From Verrucomicrobiota bacterium (GTDB lineage Bacteria > Verrucomicrobiota > Verrucomicrobiia > Verrucomicrobiales > DEV007), in contig JASFYY010000037.1 in NCBI GenBank assembly GCA_045046875.1, forward strand, positions 64,001 to 128,000: 64,000 nt of DNA, written 5' to 3'. Made by a program: the position numbers and the translations under genes. Shown in pieces: positions 26,487 to 34,800 of this stretch. The notes below the pieces were generated by a model. That model worked only from the letters and a program-made list of their open reading frames with translations. It did no database searches and was not told where the DNA came from. Each line of letters starts with the position of its first letter. Positions within the stretch are counted from its first letter, which is position 1.

Positions 26487-28399
26487 TTTGAAATGATTTT
26501 TAAAAGTTGTTCGAGCCACTTCTCGTATTGCTGCCCGGTATTTTTTGTCACCTGCGGCTGGCGAATTTTTAATGGCCCCAGCTTTAAATGAGTAGTTTTG
26601 GGCGGCCTCAACATCAACGCATCATCCCCTCCCTCAAAATCCCCTCGGCTCACCAACACCGCATCGGCTGCCATTTTATCCAGAGCTGCACGCCCAATAT
26701 CCGGCTTGGCTTCAGTCGCCAGGGAGAAACCCACCCCGCTCAAGCGATGTGCCATCCACGCACACAAAACCATGTCTGATCGCATCGCGTGCAGATGTCG
26801 AATACCGCGCTTGTCAATCACCCGATTCAAATGCAAGGCCCGCCGCGCTTGAATCATAAAATCCTCTGTCGTCACCCCATTGCCCAGTTCCTTCCGCCAA
26901 GCCATCACCTTCTCCACATCCGTTGAAGAGAACAGCCACTCCGCCTCCAAGACCATCCCGTCCGGGAAAAAATCAAGCTCATCCGACAAGCCCTTTTGCT
27001 CCGGAATCTTGGCGGTTGGCGATACGCGCGCGACCATCAATTGAACCCTGTCTTCATCTAAGCCGGCCACCTGAAGCACTTCCTCAGCTAAAACGGCATC
27101 CTCACCCGGCCACGAATCCAGCAAATAAAAAATCTCCGCCTGCGGTTTCTTTTTCACTTTGCGCCCACCCGTCGCTAAAGCCTGCTCAAACTTCTCCGCC
27201 AACTGCCCTGATGTGATCTGCAACTCAAACACCTGCAGTGCTTTCTCCCTCCCCGCTTTACCCATCGTCCGCGCCAAATCACGATCCTCCGCCAGCCGCT
27301 TCAAGGCATCCGCAAAAGCCTCTTCATCCCCCGGATCAACCAATATCCCGGTCTTACCATCATCCACCATCTCCGGCACACCCACCAACTTCGTCGACAC
27401 AATCGGCAAACAACAAGCCATCGATTCAGTGATCACGGTCGGCAAAATATCAGACGCCCCTTTGTTATCCACGATACAAGGCAGGGCAAACACATCACTC
27501 GCTTTCAAACGCCACTTCACCTCTTCCTGGGTCTGCACCCCGGCGAACTCCACCCGATCACTCACGCCCAAATCCTTCGCCAAATCCTCCAACCGCTGCC
27601 GCCACGGCCCCTCTCCAATGATGCAGCATTCATACTCAACTCCCGCCGCCGCCAGCTTGGCACAAACTGCAATCAAATGATGAAAGCCCTTGAACTCAAT
27701 CAGACGACCAATCGTAATAATTTTCAATGGCCCCTCGGATGAAATCGCCGCCTGCGGAAAATCCACCATCGTCAGCCCGTTATAAACCCGCTCGATTTTG
27801 TCCGCTGACTCCGGACAAGTCTGACGCAAAATGTCCCGACTGAAATCACTCACCGCCACCACAAACTCGGCCTCACGGCACAGCTCACGCAACAGATCAT
27901 CACTGCCCAGATCAATCATGAAATCCTGCGCATGCGGAGTGAAACTAAACGGAATACCTGCCCACTGCTTGATAAACAACGCCGTGTGAGTCGCCCTGTT
28001 GGCAAAATGCACATGCACATGCTGCACCCCACGCCGCTCAAACAACTCGGCAAAATACAACGCATTGCGCGCCCGCGTCGCCGCTTTGAAACTCTCACCA
28101 TATTCCCGGTCATGACGAGCGATCATTTCACCAAAACGCTCATTCCAACTGCCGTCCTGCTCCCGTCGTTTCTGCAAAGCCGCCATCACCTTCGGCGGCG
28201 GCGGGTAAAACACATCCGCTTTGAGTGACGCAAAACGCTCATGCCTGATCGTGCCCGGAGGCGGGTTGATCGAAGCAATGTCCAGACCAAAACCCCGCGC
28301 TTCCAAAGCCAACATCTCCGAGTCACAGAAAGTCTGCGATACCACCGGATAACGGGAATAGAGATAAGCCAAACGGCTCGAGAGCCCGGATTTTGTCAT
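26483..28399 (-). CDS. Glycosyltransferase family 4 (WcaL-like) with a degenerate C-terminal duplication
   Basis: YPVVSQTF, HVHVHFA, GRLIEFKG, DILPTVITESMA; C-terminal part repeats the N-domain pattern (RGIRHLHA, SGVGFSL). Confidence 0.88.
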   Translation of the reverse strand: MTKSGLSSRLAYLYSRYPVVSQTFCDSEMLALEARGFGLDIASINPPPGTIRHERFASLKADVFYPPPPKVMAALQKRREQDGSWNERFGEMIARHDREYGESFKAATRARNALYFAELFERRGVQHVHVHFANRATHTALFIKQWAGIPFSFTPHAQDFMIDLGSDDLLRELCREAEFVVAVSDFSRDILRQTCPESADKIERVYNGLTMVDFPQAAISSEGPLKIITIGRLIEFKGFHHLIAVCAKLAAAGVEYECCIIGEGPWRQRLEDLAKDLGVSDRVEFAGVQTQEEVKWRLKASDVFALPCIVDNKGASDILPTVITESMACCLPIVSTKLVGVPEMVDDGKTGILVDPGDEEAFADALKRLAEDRDLARTMGKAGREKALQVFELQITSGQLAEKFEQALATGGRKVKKKPQAEIFYLLDSWPGEDAVLAEEVLQVAGLDEDRVQLMVARVSPTAKIPEQKGLSDELDFFPDGMVLEAEWLFSSTDVEKVMAWRKELGNGVTTEDFMIQARRALHLNRVIDKRGIRHLHAMRSDMVLCAWMAHRLSGVGFSLATEAKPDIGRAALDKMAADAVLVSRGDFEGGDDALMLRPPKTTHLKLGPLKIRQPQVTKNTGQQYEKWLEQLLKIISK

Positions 28400-28485
28400 G
28401 ATGACTGCGATTCTACTCGTTCAAATAACAAATACCAACTGCAATTCTTTTCCATCGCCACTCGAACACAGCACACCCTCACCTT

Positions 28486-30489
28486 TCAACGGCTTTTATC
28501 CTCCAATCTCCTGAATTCTTCATTAAAATAAACCAGCGCTTCTTCAACCGCTTCACGTTTTTGCATGCCGGTTGACGTGGTCTTGTTTTTCAAACGCAAA
28601 AAAGCAACCAACGATTCCACCACGTCCTCACTCATATTAAGCAACTCTTTTGCCTCATCATTGACCTTGACCCGCAAAGCTCTCAACTGCACTTCAGCCT
28701 GATCCCCCAATCCCTCCAATTCCCCCTCGACCGAGCCCCCCCCGTCCATCGAAGAGCTGTACCGTTTTTTCAAAGGCTCAAGCACGCCCAGAATCGCTTT
28801 CACCGATCCCGTCAAAGATGCCTTTATCTGGCCACCGCCCTTGCCATATGCCAACAGCATTTTAGCTGACAAATGCTGCGGAAATTGCTCCAAAATCGCT
28901 TGCAAGCGCTGCTGAACCACCTCGTTCTTCGCCGCTTCTTCCAGGGTCATCTTTGCCGTTAATTCCTCTATTTCAGCAAACAATTCAATCGATTCATCCA
29001 ACTGAACGGCCCGATCACTGCGCACCACACCGATCAGTTCATCGAAATTAGCCGCCGCTACAATCTGGGGGCGAATCAAAAGATCCAAACTGCCCAAAGC
29101 CACCCAGTCCTTCATCGCCGTCGCAGACTCTTCCGCCACCACCAAGGCACGAAACTTTCCTTGCTTGGCAGCCTTCACCGCAGTGAGAAAATCCCCCGCA
29201 GGCGGCTCTATCAAACTTTGATCGGTCATGACTCTGGTGTAAACCACCATCGCAGGATCCATAGGCACCCCTTTGATCGCCGATTCCAGCGCCAACAATG
29301 CCCCCGCTCCCATCCCTCCCAAATTGCGTGGATCCCTCCCCATCGGCCCCGCGTCTCCGGAAAAAACATGGGTCAATTCCCCCACCTTGCCGCGCGGCCA
29401 ATCTGCAGCAACCCGAGGCTGCACCACGCGAAACAACATGCTCATCCATGCAGGCACTTCCTCTGGATCCGGCAAGTACCTAAACCGCATCCCCATCGCT
29501 TCCGGCAAATGGCCTTTTTCATTTTGAAACAAATCAGCATCCGCTTCCTCTGCCGTTCGAATATTCAAACTAACTTTACCCATGTAACTTTCAGCCTCAC
29601 CCCGTCCCCTACCCTGCCAAAAAATGACACTCACTTCCGTGCTGGGCAATTTCACCCCCTTGACTCTATCAGCCGCCACGGCGGCACCTTTAGCCGCTGC
29701 CGCCATCTGTGACTGCTGAGCCAAAGCCCTGGCCTTGGCTTTGGCCATTTCCTTTTCCCTGGCCTCCTCTTTTTTCAACAGCTTTTTTTCCTCTATCCGG
29801 CCTCGTTTCAACATCCCGGCAATCCGTGCTGAAGATGAATTGACGGCTTGCTCTGATTGCACGAAGCCCTTCCATCCAGGCATTTCACCCCCCAATTCAT
29901 CGACAATTTCCGCATAAACCGAAGCAAGATCCTCCGCCGCCTTGGGATCGATCACCAGTGCCAACTCCATTAATAAAGGATACAGACGTTTATCTTCAGG
30001 CTCCCGCCCTTCCCTCATCGCCATCGCCGGTGTCCACAAAGCTTTGTTAATCGAAGGCAATTCTTTGAAAAAACCCGTTTTAACCGGCTCCCCCCCCACC
30101 AATAAAGCTGCGCGAGCCGCCCTTGCCGAAGGATTCAAAGGGTCCAGTCGCAAGGCGAGTGCCAAGGCTTTTTCCCGCAAATCCATGTCCACCAGGCCAT
30201 TTTTGGGGAAATTACTGGCCAGAGCCGCCAACGCTTCAACCACTGCCGTGCGATCACTCCCCTGTAAAGAAAGCGCATCTTGATCAAAAACCTCAATTTC
30301 AAAGTCCGGATCTTGATAAGCCTGCGCCATCAAGTCGGCTCCTAGCCCTTGCCAGAAAAGCAAACACACCAAGGCCCAGTTTCTGATACCAATGCTCCCC
30401 GCACGCATCAAAGACCGTCGCCACCTATATCCAAAACGCTCTAATCTCACACTTGCCATTTTAGCTCGAAACTTATCACTTCCCACCAA
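28486..30489 (-). CDS. Secreted protein with Lon/S16-protease-like domain, apparently lacking the catalytic dyad; start uncertain (30459 or 30408)
   Basis: REKALALALRLDP helical N-part; PRNLGGMGAGALLALESAIKGVPMDPAMVVYTRV...TAVKAAKQGKFRALVVAEES parallels the Lon C-domain. Confidence 0.55.
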   Translation of the reverse strand: MVGSDKFRAKMASVRLERFGYRWRRSLMRAGSIGIRNWALVCLLFWQGLGADLMAQAYQDPDFEIEVFDQDALSLQGSDRTAVVEALAALASNFPKNGLVDMDLREKALALALRLDPLNPSARAARAALLVGGEPVKTGFFKELPSINKALWTPAMAMREGREPEDKRLYPLLMELALVIDPKAAEDLASVYAEIVDELGGEMPGWKGFVQSEQAVNSSSARIAGMLKRGRIEEKKLLKKEEAREKEMAKAKARALAQQSQMAAAAKGAAVAADRVKGVKLPSTEVSVIFWQGRGRGEAESYMGKVSLNIRTAEEADADLFQNEKGHLPEAMGMRFRYLPDPEEVPAWMSMLFRVVQPRVAADWPRGKVGELTHVFSGDAGPMGRDPRNLGGMGAGALLALESAIKGVPMDPAMVVYTRVMTDQSLIEPPAGDFLTAVKAAKQGKFRALVVAEESATAMKDWVALGSLDLLIRPQIVAAANFDELIGVVRSDRAVQLDESIELFAEIEELTAKMTLEEAAKNEVVQQRLQAILEQFPQHLSAKMLLAYGKGGGQIKASLTGSVKAILGVLEPLKKRYSSSMDGGGSVEGELEGLGDQAEVQLRALRVKVNDEAKELLNMSEDVVESLVAFLRLKNKTTSTGMQKREAVEEALVYFNEEFRRLEDKSR

Positions 30490-30569
30490 TATCCTAAATA
30501 CTTAGCATTCTCTCTCAAATTTCCACTAAAAAAACTACCCTTTTTTTTTAATATCGTATTATTTACAAT

Positions 30570-30992
30570 ATGTCATCAATTGTAACGGAAGAGGAAATCA
30601 TGTTCTTTGACACCGATTGTGGCGGTGTCGTTCATAACATCGCCTACCTGAGGTTCATCGAAACCGCTCGAACCCGCTTGTTAGCTAAGCTAGGACTGGA
30701 TCTCAAACAAATTTCACGCAGCCAACTCTTCCCTGCCGTAACTCGAACAGAAATCGACTACCGCAAACCCGCCGTGCTAGGCGATCGGCTCATTACAGAA
30801 GCGTCCATCGAATATTTCGAACGGGTTCGTTTTTCATGCACCTTCCGCATTCTCCGAGCAAAAGACGAAGCACTGATGATCACTTGCAAACAATCCCTGG
30901 CCTTGGTGCAAATGCCCGAGGGGCGCCCTCGTCGCCTACCCAAAGAATGGTTTATCCAATATCCTGAATTGACAAGCCACCTTAAGGCGTAA
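30570..30992 (+). CDS. YbgC/FadM-family acyl-CoA thioesterase
   Basis: FFDTDCGGVVHNIAYLRFIETART, IDYRKPAVLGD. Confidence 0.9.
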   Translation: MSSIVTEEEIMFFDTDCGGVVHNIAYLRFIETARTRLLAKLGLDLKQISRSQLFPAVTRTEIDYRKPAVLGDRLITEASIEYFERVRFSCTFRILRAKDEALMITCKQSLALVQMPEGRPRRLPKEWFIQYPELTSHLKA

Positions 30993-31153
30993 ATATTTCT
31001 TCCTGATCAGCTAAGAACCCAGCACGTAAAAGACTTAAATTTTTCTCGACTTTGTTTACAAAGTAAATACTCTAGCAATGGGGGCTTTTATTCCTCCACT
31101 TTTATCAGCCTCACCCAAATTACTCCCAGCTTATTTTTTACTAACGACTTGTC

Positions 31154-31741
31154 ATGAGTGACCCATATAATGCCATCGAAACAAGCACCGAAATTCAATT
31201 CTCGGTAGTGAAACTTGGCCAACAAACTCCCGTCGGCCCCTATACCCAGGAAGATATTTTGTCGATGTTACAAAATGGCGCACTTGAGCGTCACGATCTG
31301 GTTTATTACGATGGCATGGCCGACTGGGCTGCGATCGAGGATGTTTTTGATATCCATGAGGAGATCAATCACTTCATCGATGATAACCAGGATCAAACCG
31401 CTGTGGCGCAAGCCTTCCGTGAAATCAACCCTGTGCTCGGTGCTGATGAAAGCATTTATTATATCGCGGTGCAGAAAAAATCAGGCCTGCTCAGTCGCAC
31501 CAAAACCTGTATCGTTCTCACCAACAGCCGCTTGCTGATCCTACGCATCAAAAAAGCCGGCTCGGAACTGGAAGGTCACCAATGGAGCAGTGTCGGCGAT
31601 ATTTCGATGAAAGATGAAGGCAACGGCATGGGCACCTTTTCTGGAAGTTTCCAACAGGACAAACATTTCAGCATTGCCCACATCCCACTGGCACAAGTCC
31701 ATCGTTTGTTCCAGCTGGCACAGGAAATGGGTGCCGCTTAG
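31154..31741 (+). CDS. GYF_2-like + bacterial PH-like domain protein
   Basis: VGPYTQEDI...LVYYDGMADWAAI (GYF_2); LGADESIYYIAVQ...IVLTNSRLLI (bPH). Confidence 0.7.
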   Translation: MSDPYNAIETSTEIQFSVVKLGQQTPVGPYTQEDILSMLQNGALERHDLVYYDGMADWAAIEDVFDIHEEINHFIDDNQDQTAVAQAFREINPVLGADESIYYIAVQKKSGLLSRTKTCIVLTNSRLLILRIKKAGSELEGHQWSSVGDISMKDEGNGMGTFSGSFQQDKHFSIAHIPLAQVHRLFQLAQEMGAA

Positions 31742-31840
31742 GGAACTCGCCCGCGATACTTTTTTGCCATTTTCATTGCTCTACCCTAGGGGCACGGCAT
31801 GGTGTAGCTCTTTGATTTTCAAAGCCAGCACTGCCTTACC

Positions 31841-34800
31841 ATGTCCCGCCACTCTTCTGCAAATTCCGCCGCCAAACCCTCTTCTGGCCGCAAGATAAAA
31901 AAGCGTCCCCCCTCGGACTCCATCGAGATCCGTGGCGTGCGGCAAAACAACCTCAAAAACTTCGATCTCGACCTGCCACTAGGCAAACTCAACGTCATCA
32001 CCGGGCCCAGCGGATCCGGCAAATCAAGTCTCGCTTTCCAAACGCTCTACGCCGAAGGGCAACGACGTTATATCGAAACCTTCTCGCCTTATACCCGGCA
32101 GTTTTTCGACCGCATGGACAAACCCCAGGTGGACGCCATTCATGGCATCCCCCCGGCTATCGCCATCGAACAATCCAACAAAGTCAAAACCACCCGCTCG
32201 ACCGTCGGCACCATCACCGAGATCAATGACTACCTGAAACTTTTTTTCCCGCGTATCGCAGAGGCCACCTGCCCCGAATGCCAACAAAATGTGCAGCCCG
32301 ACACCGCAGCTTCCATCGCTCGACAGCTGATAAAAAAATTCAGCGGGCAATCCATCCTCATCACTTTTGGCATTCCAGTGGGAGAAAATACTCATCCCCC
32401 TGATTTTCTAGACTTCCTGCAGTCCCAGGGCTACCTGCGATTCTACATTTTTGGCGAAACCTACCGGACAGATGAACGCTTCCCAAAAAAAAGCCTGCCC
32501 GCAGAGGTCGCAGTCATTCAAGACCGTATCAAAATTCCGGCCAGTTCGAAAAAACCCAGCGCCCGCTTACTCGAATCGCTGGAAAACGCCCTCCATCTCG
32601 GCAAAGGAAAAATCACCGTTTTCCTAGGCAGCGAATCCAAATATTCAGACAACACACACGCAGCGACTCATTTTTCCACTCACTGGCATTGCGCCCCCTG
32701 CGACCTCGACCTTCAAGCACCCAGCCCCAACCTTTTCACCTTCAACAATCCACTCGGTGCCTGTCCTGAATGCCGGGGTTTTGGCCGGGTGATCGGCATT
32801 GATCTCGAGCGAGCGCTGCCCGACCCTTCTCTCAGTATTCGCGAAGGCGTCGTCAAAGCTTTCCAGGGTGAACGCCATCAAGAGTGCCAGGATGACCTCG
32901 AGCGTTATGCCAAAGTCCGCGACCTCGACCTCGATACCCCCTTCGAGGATCTATCCGCCAAAGACCAAAAATGGGTCCTGCAAGGCGACCGCCCCGGCGA
33001 GGCCGAAAAAGCATGGGAAGAAAGTTCATGGTACGGCGTGCGGGGATTTTTCGACTGGCTGGAATCCCGCACCTATCGCATGCACGTGCGCGTCTTCCTC
33101 AGCCGCTTCCGCTCCTATACTCAATGCCAAAAGTGCGACGGCACCCGCCTGCAAGCCGCCGCGCTCAACTACCGGGTCAACCAAAAGACGCTGCCGGAAA
33201 TCTGGCAACTCCCGATCAGCGAAGCGCTCACGTTTTTCCACAACCTCTCCCTGCCCGAAAATGACAGCACCGCCGAGATGCTGCATGCCGAAGTCTGCAA
33301 TCGCCTGCGCTACCTCGAACACGTCGGGCTCTCCTACCTCAATCTCGATCGCCCCACCCGCACCCTGTCCGGCGGCGAAACCGAACGCGTCAGCCTCACC
33401 ACCTGCCTCGGAGCCTCACTCACCAGCACCCTCTTTGTGCTCGACGAACCGACCGTCGGCCTGCACCCGCGCGACACCGACCGCCTGATCGACGTCATGC
33501 ATGACCTGCGTGACAAAGGCAATACCCTCGCCGTGGTCGAACACGACGAGGCCGTCATCCGTGCCGCCGATCACCTCATCGACATCGGCCCCGGACGCGG
33601 AGAAGATGGCGGCGAACTGATCTTCACCGGAGCGCCCGACAAACTAGCTCAATCTAACAAAAAATCCCTGACCGCCGCTTACCTCACTGGGAAAAAAACC
33701 ATCCCTATTCCAAAAAAACGCCGTGCGATCAAAAAGCGCCAGCAAATCAAAATCCTTGGCGCCCGTCAGCACAATCTGCAAAAAATCGACGTCGAGATTC
33801 CGCTGCACCTCTTCACCTGCGTCACCGGCGTTTCCGGTTCGGGCAAATCCACGCTCATCCACAGCGTGCTCTACGAAAACTTACAGAAAAAACTCGGGCA
33901 CTCTTCCGCCAGCGAAACCGGACGCTGCAAGGGCATCCGCGGCCATCAGCACATCGACGAAGTGATCATGGTCGATCAAGCCCCGCTCGCCCGCACCCCA
34001 CGTTCAACGCCCGCCGTTTATACCGGCGTCTTTGAACTCGTCCGCAAGCTTTTCACCGACACCCCCAAAGCCAAAGATCGCCAACTGACACCTGGTTATT
34101 TCTCCTTCAACTCCGGCGCCGGACGCTGCGAACGCTGCTGGGGCAACGGCTTCGAAAAAATCGAAATGCAATTCCTCAGTGACCTCTACGTCACCTGCCC
34201 GGAATGTGAAGGCAGTCGCTACACCCCCGAAGCGCTGGAATACCAACTCAATGGGAAAAATATCACCCAGGTTCTCAACTTCACCGTCACTCAAGCGATC
34301 CAGTTTTTCTTCGCCCTCGGAGAGTCTCAAACGAAAGCGGAAACGAGCCCAAAGGCTAACAACAAACGCAAACGCCCTGATCGTCGGCCTGGACAAATCG
34401 TCGCCCGCCTGCAAACGCTGGCCGACGTCGGCCTGGGATACCTACGCCTCGGCCAGGCTCTCAACACCCTCTCCGGCGGCGAATCCCAACGCCTCAAACT
34501 TGTCGGCCATTTACTGGAATCGCAGAGCCAACAGAAAAAACAAGGCAAGCAGCCCAACGCCCTGCTCATCTTTGATGAACCCACCACCGGCCTGCATTTT
34601 GATGACATCGCCATGCTGCTGAAAGTCTTCGATCGGCTGGTCGAATCCGGCAACACCGTGCTGGTCATCGAGCACCATCTCGAAGTCATCAAGTGCGCTG
34701 ATCACATCATCGACCTCGGCCCGGAAGCCGGCAGCGAAGGCGGCACCCTGGTCGCCACCGGAACCCCGGAACATATCGCCAGCGTCCCCCAATCATTCAC

